From Candidatus Obscuribacteraceae bacterium (lineage in GTDB: Bacteria > Cyanobacteriota > Vampirovibrionia > Obscuribacterales > Obscuribacteraceae): 64,000 nucleotides of DNA. Each line of letters opens with the position of its first letter. The stretch's first letter is position 1. Where the stretch lies: assembly GCA_044229845.1 (NCBI GenBank), contig JBGASG010000005.1:256001-320000 (forward strand). Reading direction: 5' to 3'. The notes beneath the pieces were generated by a model, which worked only from the letters and a program-made list of their open reading frames with translations, made no database searches and had not been told where the DNA came from. A program made the position numbers and the translations under genes. Shown in pieces: positions 1 to 10,200 of the stretch.

Positions 1-2
1 CC

Positions 3-371
3 AACGGCGTCTTCACCCGCTGCCTGATTGAAGCTCTCAGCCAGGGCGGCACCGGCACCAAAATGAAGGATGCGTTCACCATATTGCAGGACAAGGTGCA
101 GCAAGAAGTAATCCACGACCGTGGCGTCGGACAGCGCCCCAACATGAAAATGAAATGGGACGGTGAGGACCTGGTTATCGGGGCACCACCGACAGTGGTA
201 CGCCCGGCGCCCAACGACCCGGAAGTTAAGGAAGCGCAAGCCACCACCACCGGCGGTGGCGGCGATGCGAAAGGACTGACAGGCGCCACCACTGCCAAGC
301 CGAAGGTGCCGACAGGCGCACCGACAAAAGCGAAATCACCGTTGCCAACAACCGGGAAAACTGCCCACTAG
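3..371 (+). CDS. C-terminal part of a caspase-family (peptidase C14-like) protein; 5' end lies outside the window
   Basis: Frame 3 is open from the window edge: NGVFTRCLIEAL...FTILQDKVQQEV...QRP. This parallels the C-terminus of the caspase at 12699 (NGVFTKHFIDGL...FKYTQTQVSAE...QIP). Ends in a Thr/Lys/Pro-rich tail. Confidence 0.7.
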   Translation, partial: NGVFTRCLIEALSQGGTGTKMKDAFTILQDKVQQEVIHDRGVGQRPNMKMKWDGEDLVIGAPPTVVRPAPNDPEVKEAQATTTGGGGDAKGLTGATTAKPKVPTGAPTKAKSPLPTTGKTAH

Positions 372-533
372 AATGTCGACGATCAGATTAGATTGGTCGC
401 ATAAAGGCGATAATCGCTTGTAAAGCGATTGACCCGGTTTGAGCATCTGACAAATAATTCTTTGTCGACCAAATGTAGCACGTGACAAGTGTTGATTTGG
501 TGGCGAGCTCTTTCACGAAAATGGGGTAGTACC

Positions 534-1280
534 GTGAAATTCCTGGGTTTTTTCCTCAGCCTTTTATTGATTGTGCAGCAGTCTTGCTATCAGCGGGGGT
601 ACGCTGCAGACGGCATAAACACGTCGGTTCCAGTCAACAAAATCGGCACCCTCTTGCTCGCCGACGCGACAGCCATCCTCACCAGCACCACCATCGAAGT
701 CACCACCAAAGGTCCGGACGGCAATCAGCAAACCGCCCTCAAAGGTCAGCTGCTCAATGCCACCACTACCGGTGGCACAATCAAAGCCATCGCCTACTTC
801 ACGGGTGGCACGCAATTCAGCAACCTCTGCACCGGCGGTCCGGGACGCGTGAAAACTGCGTCCGGTGACGTAGTCGAAGGTGCAATCAGCAATGTCAGTG
901 CTGAAGGTCTGACATGCGGCGGTCAGCGCATCGCCTCCTCCGATTTGAAGTGTGTCGACTCGCCCTGCGCTTTCGAGATGACTGCCAGCAGCAGCAAGAT
1001 TTCATTCAAGCACTGCACCGTCGCGGCGGCGGCGGAAAAGCCGACCAAGGTCAAGTCGGTCGGTGAACACCAGACTGCCAAACGAGTTCTTGTTGTGGTT
1101 GCCCTGCTGGCTATCGTTGCTGTCGCAGTAGCGGTACCGGTGGCAGTGGCATGCAGCAATCGCCATCATCACCGCACGCAACAACCGGTGTTCTTCCCGA
1201 CGCAGAGCAGCAGCCCTGCCCCGTCGCAACCTGTCAACGATTCCAGGTCTTCCTCGTCCAACTCGTCGTCGTCGCGATAA
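534..1280 (+). CDS. Hypothetical exported, Cys-containing protein with a C-terminal membrane anchor
   Basis: ORF with an N-terminal hydrophobic signal, a hydrophobic stretch VLVVVALLAIVAVAVAVPVAVAC and a His/Ser-rich tail. Start is uncertain (GTG 489 or 534). Confidence 0.6.
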   Translation: MKFLGFFLSLLLIVQQSCYQRGYAADGINTSVPVNKIGTLLLADATAILTSTTIEVTTKGPDGNQQTALKGQLLNATTTGGTIKAIAYFTGGTQFSNLCTGGPGRVKTASGDVVEGAISNVSAEGLTCGGQRIASSDLKCVDSPCAFEMTASSSKISFKHCTVAAAAEKPTKVKSVGEHQTAKRVLVVVALLAIVAVAVAVPVAVACSNRHHHRTQQPVFFPTQSSSPAPSQPVNDSRSSSSNSSSSR

Positions 1281-1293
1281 CTCGTTTTGTTTT

Positions 1294-2025
1294 TCATGCG
1301 CTCTGCGCCGACTCGTCGCAAGCCACGAACGCGCGGATGTCGCGCATGAGGTCGAGAATTGGTTTGCGCACCGGGGTTGGTGCAGGCAGTTTGAGCAGCA
1401 CCAGCATCGTCGACAGCAGCGAAGCGGAGCTGTTGATCAACGATGTAGTGCGTTGCCAGCCGAACGAATCATCGTGCAGCCAGAAGAAGAGAATACCCAT
1501 GTAGTAAAGCCAGAGCAGGCAGGGCAAGTCTTCCCGCAGTGCTTCCGGCGGCGTGTCCTCACAGCCTCGCATGACGTCGGCAAAGATTTCCACAGATCGC
1601 TCGCGCACGCTGCGCGTCTGCCGGCCAAACGGACTCAGTCGGCTTTGAGGCGAGCCTGCCACCGCAAAGAGACTGCTCAGTAGCGGACGATGAGGCTGCA
1701 ACACCGACAGGCAGGCGCTGACGGCTGCCACCAGTCTTGCTTTTAGCGATTTTTCCATGGCCATGGCTCGCAACGAGGACAGTACTTGCTGTTGGCACAG
1801 GTCTTCGTAGTATGCCTGCATCAGGTCTTCCTTGGACTGGAAGTAGTGATAAGCGTTGCCCAGAGACACCCCTGCCTCGCGGGCGATCAGCCTCATAGTC
1901 GTGGTCTCGTAGCCCTGCTTCTGAAAGAGCTCCAGTGCCGCAGAGAGAATGGTTTGGCGGGTGCGCTCACCCTTACCGGTTTTTGGTTCACCCACTGTTG
2001 TTGTTGTCTCTTTATGGGGTACCAT
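1294..2025 (-). CDS. TetR-family transcriptional regulator
   Basis: TRQTILSAALELFQKQGYETTTMRLIAREAGVSLGNAYHYFQSKEDL is a TetR HTH; divergent from the MBOAT gene. Confidence 0.95.
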   Translation of the reverse strand: MVPHKETTTTVGEPKTGKGERTRQTILSAALELFQKQGYETTTMRLIAREAGVSLGNAYHYFQSKEDLMQAYYEDLCQQQVLSSLRAMAMEKSLKARLVAAVSACLSVLQPHRPLLSSLFAVAGSPQSRLSPFGRQTRSVRERSVEIFADVMRGCEDTPPEALREDLPCLLWLYYMGILFFWLHDDSFGWQRTTSLINSSASLLSTMLVLLKLPAPTPVRKPILDLMRDIRAFVACDESAQSA

Positions 2026-2058
2026 GCCGGTAGGTCGCTCCGCTTTCTCATTAAGGAA

Positions 2059-2124
2059 TGAACGCGTTCACAACTAGCTTGACGCTAACCACAGTATAGC
2101 CTAACATAAAAGTGAACATGTTCA
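2059..2124. promoter_or_regulatory. Two TetR-like palindromic operators flanking a sigma70-type promoter
   Basis: TGAACGCGTTCA (2059-2070) and TGAACATGTTCA (2113-2124) are perfect palindromes. TTGACG (2079-84)-N17-TAACAT (2102-07) lies between them. Confidence 0.75.
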
Positions 2125-2171
2125 AATCTGATTCCGCAGCGACGGAGAAAGTCTCCTCAGGGAGGTGGACT

Positions 2172-3557
2172 ATGTTCTGGATTGCATACCTCATTTACTG
2201 GACCTTGCTTTTCGCGGTCACATTTCTCACTACCTCACACTGGAAGCCGCATTTGGGCAATCGGCGTCATGGGTTGGCTGCCTTGCTTATGGCCTCGTCC
2301 TACATAGCGGCAATTTTCGCTGTCGGTGGACACCTGGAACCCTGGCAGCGCCTGTTTCTCGGCTCAATCGGTCTGTTGCAAACCATCAAAACTGCGGCGG
2401 TGCTTGTTTCTCACCGGCAAATGGACTTGCCTGGCGTTCTTATATATACGACCGTCTGGCCGGGCGTGCGCACCATTCCGAAAACCCGCAATAAACCTGA
2501 TGGAGAGCGGTTGCCGGCGCTGGAGGCAATGTATAACCGCGGATACTGGACGTTTTGCTTCGGTCTTCTCCTGTCGATCATCACAGCGCTTGCGTACGAG
2601 CGCGTTCCCGCCTCGATTATCGGCTGGCTGGGTCTGGCAGCTGTTTTGACGACCATACATTTTGGCTATGCGCAACTTCTCAGCGCTTCCTTGCGTTTGT
2701 TGGGATTCGATGTCGACCCGCTCTTCGATGAGCCGCTCAAATCCGTATCCTGTCATGATTTCTGGAGCAGGCGCTGGAACCTGGCTTTCGTGCAAATGAA
2801 TCAAATCATTTTGATGCCGGCGCTTCGCAGTCGAATGCCCGTTGGGTTGGCGCTGTTTACCGCCTTTCTGGTCTCAGGACTGCTGCACGAGATCGGCATC
2901 AGCTATGCGGCGGGCACCGGTTGGGGCGGTCCGCTCTTGTATTTCACCCTGCAAGGAATCTGGTTTGTGGTCGAGCACCATCTGCGCTACCACAAAGTAA
3001 ATCCGCTGATATTGCGGATGGCCGCCTGGGTAGTGATTCTTTTGCCGTTGCCGTTGATTTTTACAGACGCGTTTCGCGCCGCTTTCATCGTGCCGCTCTT
3101 TGCCTGGCTGCACGCCGCGCTCACGTCGCATGACCTGAAGTGGTACATTGCCACTGCACTCTGGTGCGCCGCCACCGGCAACTTTTGCACCATGCTCGCC
3201 GGCATTCAGGTGCCCAGCCGCATGAACTGGAAAGAAGAATTCCAGCGACTCGGCGGTTTCAACCGCAAGATTCTCACCAACTATTACTGCTACATCGGAC
3301 TGATGATCGCTGCCTGGGGCACCATGACCATCGTTTTGCACGGCGACATGATGCGTGGTGAACGCGCCGCTTTATGGCTTGCAGGCTTGATCGCGACGTT
3401 CTGGAGCTTGCGCGTGATTGTCGATTTTCTCTATTTCAAGCCCTCCGACTATCCGCACGGCACCGACGTGGTCGTCGGCAAAGCGCTGCTAAGCACTCTC
3501 TTCATTTTGTTGTCGCTCTCGTACTGGGCATTAATCGCCTGGCATGCGCTTACTTAA
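2172..3557 (+). CDS. MBOAT (wax-synthase/MBOAT_2-like) membrane O-acyltransferase with an extra C-terminal membrane domain
   Basis: Motifs PL.S.S..DFWSRRWN and FLVSGLLHE; many TM helices; GGAGG RBS at 2161 before ATG 2172. Confidence 0.8.
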   Translation: MFWIAYLIYWTLLFAVTFLTTSHWKPHLGNRRHGLAALLMASSYIAAIFAVGGHLEPWQRLFLGSIGLLQTIKTAAVLVSHRQMDLPGVLIYTTVWPGVRTIPKTRNKPDGERLPALEAMYNRGYWTFCFGLLLSIITALAYERVPASIIGWLGLAAVLTTIHFGYAQLLSASLRLLGFDVDPLFDEPLKSVSCHDFWSRRWNLAFVQMNQIILMPALRSRMPVGLALFTAFLVSGLLHEIGISYAAGTGWGGPLLYFTLQGIWFVVEHHLRYHKVNPLILRMAAWVVILLPLPLIFTDAFRAAFIVPLFAWLHAALTSHDLKWYIATALWCAATGNFCTMLAGIQVPSRMNWKEEFQRLGGFNRKILTNYYCYIGLMIAAWGTMTIVLHGDMMRGERAALWLAGLIATFWSLRVIVDFLYFKPSDYPHGTDVVVGKALLSTLFILLSLSYWALIAWHALT

Positions 3558-4614
3558 CGGCAGCAGTGCTGTTGCGTTTGGCGAATTGTTGGATCGACTC
3601 GACCAGAGCTTGCGACAGTCCGACGTTCATCAAGTGATCGAACGTCACGGTTTTCACAAAGTCGTAGCGGGCACCTTTTTCCAGCAACCCGTAATCGAGA
3701 AAATTGAGAAAAGCCTCGCCAGCTTGGTCGTTGCCGCCAATCTGAAAAAACACCACCGTCACTTCATGCGGATCCTTCATGCGTCTCGACGCATTCACGA
3801 GCGTGGTTGCCACCATCATTGGCTCCCAGGCTGGGTGCGGGACTCCATCGGTGATCACAGCGATCAGTAGCGGTTTGGAGCCGGGTTGGCGGCGCACGAA
3901 AAACTCGTTAAGCCTGTCGGCCAGCGGCTCAGCTAATCTGGTGCCGCCGCGAAAGTTGGGATTTTCAAAAAGATCGGCGATATTGCCCGGCGACGAATTG
4001 TGATACACGTCATAGTTGGACGCGAACGCGGTGATCGTCAGCCCGCGCGGCACGTAAGGCACCAGTTGGCGGGATAAATCTCGGGCCTGCACACCGCACC
4101 AGTTCCAGCGAGAAAGCCCGCCCGGGCAGTCGTGACGGCGCATCGACATCGAACTGTCGACAATCAGTTCTACATCGTAATCGGCCAGCAAACGCACTGT
4201 TGATGTGGCTTTGCCCGGCAGGGTCGTCGTGGCTACTTTGCCGGGCAGGATAGTGGAATCCGCTCTTCCGGTCTGCAATTGCAAGGTGCCCGGGGACTGC
4301 TGAAAAGCCTCCAGTGCGTTTGTTTCGGCGTGCAGAGGCACTATGTTGCTCTTCACCCCGCCGGTAATCGTGTCCTTGAAAGGCACTTCAGGCGCCAGAG
4401 GCGGCATCGCATCGGGACGATGGAGGCGCTGCTCCTGGTCGGTCAGGATACGAATTTTGCTGGCGCCCAGCGTGTACGGCTGTTTGGCGCCGGACTCGTC
4501 GGCATGCGCCGGCGACGACACGGCGGACAGCACCACTGCAGCCCCAGTCAACGCTGAAACCATGAAATCACGAGTGAAGACGTCCATCAGGGCCAATTTT
4601 AACCAATATCTCAA
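3550..4614 (-). CDS. Secreted VWA-domain protein
   Basis: MIDAS motif DSSMSM, GGT, VITDG; signal peptide ending AHA (true start may be the ATG at 4563). Confidence 0.8.
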   Translation of the reverse strand: MRYWLKLALMDVFTRDFMVSALTGAAVVLSAVSSPAHADESGAKQPYTLGASKIRILTDQEQRLHRPDAMPPLAPEVPFKDTITGGVKSNIVPLHAETNALEAFQQSPGTLQLQTGRADSTILPGKVATTTLPGKATSTVRLLADYDVELIVDSSMSMRRHDCPGGLSRWNWCGVQARDLSRQLVPYVPRGLTITAFASNYDVYHNSSPGNIADLFENPNFRGGTRLAEPLADRLNEFFVRRQPGSKPLLIAVITDGVPHPAWEPMMVATTLVNASRRMKDPHEVTVVFFQIGGNDQAGEAFLNFLDYGLLEKGARYDFVKTVTFDHLMNVGLSQALVESIQQFAKRNSTAAVK

Positions 4615-4742
4615 GAGGTCTATAGCTTATAGACGCTCGGCATGGTCAAAAAGTTCAATTTGCACCGACAATTTCATGTTGCATTCATCGAACTGGCGAT
4701 GAATTATCAAAGGTCTGTCGAGCTGCTATCGGACTGGCGAAG

Positions 4743-4988
4743 TTATTGTTTCTTCTTGCTTTGAATGAAGAAGAAAATACCGCCAGCGACAACCCCGATA
4801 ATCAAACCGGGAATCCACATGACGGAGAAGTTGTCGCCGCCGCCGTGTGGTGCTCCGCCGCCTGCTGCCGGTGCGCCGCCCGGTTGTTGGGCAAGCGCTT
4901 GCTGAGCGTTATTCAGCAAACAAAGAACCGGAACCAGCAATGACGAAGCTTGATTTAGCCGCTTTTGAAAGTAGTGATTGGTCTTCAT
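4743..4988 (-). CDS. Small exported/membrane protein
   Basis: MKTNH start, signal-like segment, Gly/Ala/Pro linker, C-terminal TM helix followed by KKK. Confidence 0.55.
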   Translation of the reverse strand: MKTNHYFQKRLNQASSLLVPVLCLLNNAQQALAQQPGGAPAAGGGAPHGGGDNFSVMWIPGLIIGVVAGGIFFFIQSKKKQ

Positions 4989-5204
4989 GCCCAACAGTAT
5001 AAAGGAGAAGGGCCAAAAGGCAAGCATGTGCACAATGCAAAAGGTTGCTATGCGCCGCTGTGTTCTGCACATTGAGAAGATAGCGATCAGATGTCTCGCA
5101 CCATATTTGGTGCTGGATGCAAACGATGAATGAATGTGCCTTTTCGAGTGAGGTACAATGGCGCTCATTCTAGAATCCCGGTTTTCAAGGTAGCTAAGAA
5201 GCTC

Positions 5205-5759
5205 ATGCCTGCAAGAAACATTTTTTGGGTCGTCGCCCTGTTTATTCTCGGAGCGCTCGGACTGAGTCAAATGACCAGGCGGCGCGAGACGCTGGATGCC
5301 GTTCCGGAGTTAGACCTGGAGCGCTATCAAGGCAAGTGGTACCAGATTGCATTTATTCCGAACTGGTTCCAAAACAAGTGTTCAAGTCACGCCACCGCCG
5401 AGTACTGGTTGAACAGCGACGGCACGGTGAATGTGATCAACGCCTGCCAACGCAAAGACGGTGAAACTGAAATTGCCGAGGGGCTAGCCAAGGTCAATCC
5501 CAAGTACATGAAGAACAGTGTTCTCAAGGTCCGCTTCGGAAACTGCCCTCTCAATAACTTCTTGCCATTCATCTGGGGCGACTACTGGGTTATTGATCTA
5601 GATACCGACTACCGATATTCAGTGGTCGGCGAGCCTGGGCGCAAGTTTCTCTGGATACTGGGACGCGAGCCGCAGATGGACGAAATCACCTATACGCTCC
5701 TGCTCGACAAGATTGCCGGACAGGGCTATGACATCGAGCGCATAGTGCGCACCAACTGA
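5205..5759 (+). CDS. blc: Bacterial lipocalin (Blc-like)
   Basis: LDLERYQGKWYQIA, YWVIDLDTDYRYSVVGEPGRKFLWILGR lipocalin motifs. Confidence 0.9.
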   Translation: MPARNIFWVVALFILGALGLSQMTRRRETLDAVPELDLERYQGKWYQIAFIPNWFQNKCSSHATAEYWLNSDGTVNVINACQRKDGETEIAEGLAKVNPKYMKNSVLKVRFGNCPLNNFLPFIWGDYWVIDLDTDYRYSVVGEPGRKFLWILGREPQMDEITYTLLLDKIAGQGYDIERIVRTN

Positions 5760-5969
5760 GTCTCAGGAATCGCTGGTTGGGCGTTTCGCTTGATGCTGCT
5801 GTCCCGGGCTCACTTCATGACAATCCCGGTAATCCGGGGACCTTTTCCCAGGCGGCGATCAGGCAACGGCCGGCACTTTCGAGTCACGCATAGGCATTAG
5901 AGCTCGTGCATGGAACTTGTCGCAGCCGGTCCCGTCGCTTCATCCGTCAAAAGAAACCCCAAAAGAAGG

Positions 5970-7196
5970 ATGAACGCCGTGTTGCTTAACAGGAAAAACC
6001 AGTTTGCACTGAGCCTGGCCGCCACTTTGTTGGTGAGTGCCGGTGCCGGCACTGATTGCTGGGCATTCCATATCCCAGGGACCGGAAAGAAGGCGACAGC
6101 TGAAGAAAAACGCGCTGCTTCCGAAGCGAAGCAAGCCGCTAGAGACGCCAAAAAGGCCAAGCGGAAAAAGAAATCTCAAGAAGATATGGCTGCCGAACAA
6201 GCAGCCCAACAGATGAAGACGCTCTCAGCAGAAGCTCAATCTGCAGATGCTCAAGCAGCTGATTCTAGTGAGAAACGAGAGTTGCCTGCCGTGATCACAC
6301 CGGCTCCTGCACCAGTTGCAGTGCCGATGCAGGTCACCCCGCATGGTACTGTCACCAACGTCACTCCGACTGCCGAAGTCAACCTCAATGACAGCAAAGT
6401 CAGCGCGGAAGAGAAAAGGATTGACGAGCAGAACCGCGCCGCATCGGATGCGCGTGTCAATGAACAAGCAGCGGCCGCCAACAGAATCCCTGGAACGAAA
6501 GTCGACCCGGAAGATCTAAAAGAAGAAGGCGCTAAGAAAAAGGGCGGTCTTTCGCTCAATCCTATTACCTGGTTGTTCAAACCAGTGCTCAAGCTGCAGG
6601 AGCAATCAGTGCGGCTCGAGCAACAAATCATGAAACTGACCGGTCCGATTGCCGCATTGCAGCCATCGATGCTCAAGCTGGAACAAAAGATGGATGGTGT
6701 GCAGGGCACCATGGGTAATATGCAAAACACCCTCAAGGGCACCGAAAGCACCATGCAGTCAGTGCAAAAATCTATGGGTGGTGTCACTAACCAGATTGGC
6801 GGCATGAAAACTCAGGTCGTGGGAGTGCGCCAGGATATGCGCAGCATTCAGGGCGAGATGAACTCCATCAATAAAGACATCAATCAATTGCGCGACCCGA
6901 TTGAAGATCTTCGTTCGCCACTTATGGCAATACAAAAGCCGATTGCCGGAGTAGAAGAGCGCCTGTCCAAGCTAGATCAGCAACTCGCCGATCTGAAGGC
7001 GCTGATAACAATGGTGCTGACGTCGATATACATTGCCGCTGCAGTTGTCGCCATCGGTACTCCGGCAGCAGCGATTCTGGTCTGGCGCCACCGGGCGAAA
7101 ATATTGCCTAAAGCGTCACCAAGTGAGAAGCATGAGGAAGCCAAACTGGCTGCCGCCGGTGCCGAAGCAAAGCGTCAGGACGCTGATACCGTCTAG
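5970..7196 (+). CDS. Exported long coiled-coil protein with a C-terminal TM anchor
   Basis: Signal peptide, Lys/Ala-rich region, about 150 aa of Met/Leu heptads, C-terminal hydrophobic helix. Confidence 0.7.
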   Translation: MNAVLLNRKNQFALSLAATLLVSAGAGTDCWAFHIPGTGKKATAEEKRAASEAKQAARDAKKAKRKKKSQEDMAAEQAAQQMKTLSAEAQSADAQAADSSEKRELPAVITPAPAPVAVPMQVTPHGTVTNVTPTAEVNLNDSKVSAEEKRIDEQNRAASDARVNEQAAAANRIPGTKVDPEDLKEEGAKKKGGLSLNPITWLFKPVLKLQEQSVRLEQQIMKLTGPIAALQPSMLKLEQKMDGVQGTMGNMQNTLKGTESTMQSVQKSMGGVTNQIGGMKTQVVGVRQDMRSIQGEMNSINKDINQLRDPIEDLRSPLMAIQKPIAGVEERLSKLDQQLADLKALITMVLTSIYIAAAVVAIGTPAAAILVWRHRAKILPKASPSEKHEEAKLAAAGAEAKRQDADTV

Positions 7197-7202
7197 CCCC
7201 GT

Positions 7203-10200
7203 CTAGTTGTAATCATAGTTATCGGTGCCGTCGCCGTTTTCATCATTCGCCGGCGGCTCCGTCTTCGGTTTGTAGTCGTTCATGATCTCTTTGGAGATGT
7301 GCAGCTGGTTGCCGGTGTAGATCAAGTTAACGTCTTGAATGTTGTTTTCCTGGGCGATGCGATTAATCACTTCCCAGATCTGCTTGGCTGTAGGCTTTTC
7401 GATGCCCTGGCTGCCTAAGATGTCCGAGGCAATACGCCACAAGCAGTCACCGGATACGATGTCGTAAGTGTAGCTGCCGTCTTCGCCGACCTTGAATGTG
7501 CGTTTGCCGTGAGTGACGTCACCTTGAATGTCTTCATCAGGTGGGTTCTGTCCGGTTGCCACCTCAGTATGGCGGTGCAGGCTGCCGTCCGGGTTCGTGT
7601 AGGTGTAGCGGAAGTTGCCGTTTTGATCTACTTCCAGGTCGCGTCCGGGCATACCGTCCGAACTGCGCTTGAACATACCGGGATGCTCGGGGTCCGGCGT
7701 CCAGGTTTCGGTGGTGCGCGGCGATGAGCCGTCGGCGTTCTTGCTGTTGGGTGGAAACACTTGGGTGACTTTGGCAATTTTGCCTTGCTCGTCATATTCG
7801 AACTGGAAATAGTCGCCTTCTTTGTGCAGAACTCGAGTCACTTGTCTGGTGCCATCTGTCAGCAGTTTGCCTTCGACACGCGATCCGTCGAGGTTGACGG
7901 TGACGCGCACTGCTTGGTCGCCTTCTCCCAGGGTGTAAGAATAGGCACCGTTCTCTTCCGCTTTCACATCTTTGGCATCTTGAGCCTGGTCTGGGTGATC
8001 CTTCGGATAGACCTTGACGCCTGTCGGCTGTCCATCAGCTCCGTAGGTAACCTCTTCGACCATCGCTGGATTGACGGATGAATCTGTGTTGACAGTTTTC
8101 ACCAACTTATTGTTGGTGTCGATGCTGTCGGTACGGGTGTTGCCGTTCTTGTAGTGCATTTCAATCTGCTGGCTGTTATCCAGATTGCGTGTCACTTTCA
8201 CGTCGCCGGCCGGCGTTTCGAAGTGGTATGAATAACCGCCTTTGCCGTCTGGACCGACGTTCGTTGCGTCCATCTTGCTGCCGTCGGGACCGGTGCGCAC
8301 CCACTTGTCGCCTTCGCGAGAGAGGGTTTCCACAACTTTGCCGTCGACGGTGGTGGTAATCGACTGATACTCGCCTTTCTCGTTTTTCTTCACTTCGACG
8401 GTGGTGTTGCCGCGAATGAAGGTGTCGTCGCCGTTCACTTGCTCGATGTGCACGACATCGCCGGTGGTGGCTTTGAGGGCGCCGGTTTGCGGGTCGACTT
8501 CTACCTTATCGACTTTCTCGGATGTGTCTTCGTCGGGCATGTGGAGGACACGGCTGGTCTTGGTCCAGGTGCCGTCCGCATTGCGCCGGTAGTGTTCGCT
8601 GTATTCGTTGCCGTTACCCCAGGTGCGGCTGACACCGGACAGACCTTTGTCGTCGTAGGTGTATTTGGTGTCGGAGCCGTCTTTGCCTTTGGTTTCTACA
8701 ACTCGTCCCTGGCTGTCTTTGATGACGATGCTGCCGTCGGGCAGGGTTTGCGTTGTCGTTTGATCGGTGCCGTTGTTGCCGCCGTCGTCCGGAGCGGCGA
8801 TGTCTTTCGTGGTGCCGTCGCTCTTCAGGAGTACTTGAGATTTGTCGGCACGAGTGAACGTGACGGTGCCGTCAGGAGCGGCAGTGATCGAGGTGTACTT
8901 GTCGTTGGCGTCGTCTTTGTTGACCCAGCCGGCGTCGCTCTTGGTGTATGTCTTGCCGTTGGCTTGGATCTCGGTTGGATTTTCGGGATTGTTGATCTGG
9001 ACGCCGCGCGGATGGGTCGGGAAATCTACTTGCAGCACTTTGCCGTTTTGCAAGAAGACTCTGGAACCGTCCGGTCTCATGTTGATGTCGTATTCGCCGC
9101 CGCTGTCTTTCCAGTGGAAGCTGTAGCTGCCGTCGGCATTCACTTTCATGTTGGTAAGTTCGACCGGCGTGCCGTTTGTGTCCCACTTGTCGCCATCGCG
9201 ATGCAGAGGCAGACCGATGGTGCCTTCCGGCGGCGTGATTTTGCTGACTTTGCCTTCATTGTCGTATTCGAAGGTAGTCACAGCACCCTTGTACTCGACC
9301 TTGACCGGCTGCCCTTCGGAGTTGACGTGAATTTGGGCGCCATCAGCGCCGGTGATTACTTTGACTTCTTTGTTGTAATCGGTGTCATCGCCTAGAGTGA
9401 CCGGCGGTGCATCACCCGCGACTTCTTGGGTGGTGCCGTCGGTGTGATAAATAACTTGCGAGTTGTCGGCGCGTTTGAAAGTCACTGTGCCGTCAGCAGC
9501 AGCGGTAATCGATGCAAACTTATCGTTGTCGTCGTCTTTGTTGACCCAGCCGGCATCGGTCTTGACGTAGGTTTTGGAGCCATCGTTGACTTTGACTTCG
9601 GTCGGGTTCTCGGCATCATTGAAGGCGACGCCGCGCGGTTTGTTCGGGAAATCGACCTGGCGCAATTTGCCGTTCTGGAAGTAGAGCTGCGAGCCGTCGG
9701 TCTTGTTGGTAATGTCGAATTCGCCGCCGCCATCTTTCCAGTGATACTGGTAAGAACCGTCAGCATTAACGACCATGTTGGTGAGTTCGACCGGAGAGCC
9801 GGCGGCTTTCCATTGATCGCCTTCGCGGGTGAGCGGCAAATTTATGCTGCCTTCGGGCGGCGTGATCTTGCTGATTTTGCCGTCGGCATCGTATTCGAAT
9901 GTTGTAATCTGACCGCCGTGTTCTACTTTAATAGGTTGGCCTGCGGCATTCAGGTGCACGGTCGAACCGTCGGCCGTTGTTGTCTGGCTGGCTTCTTGAT
10001 TGGGATCGACTCTGTCTTGATCGCCGGTTGATGTCTGTCCGTCCAGATTTAGCTGTTGGCCGTCACCGCTGTCGTCGGGAACCGGAGCCGGTGCGGCAAC
10101 TATTTTGGCTACCGTGTGTTCGTCGCCGCTGGTGACAAGAATTCTTGTCGACTGACCGTCGTCGCTGTCCAACATCAATGTGCCATCGGCGAGTACGGTG

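Noticed and set aside
374..470. TGTCGAC boxes at 374 and 463 (and an isolated AGTCGACT at 63167)
   Set aside because: Single sites without phased neighbours; GTCGAC is frequent in this sequence.
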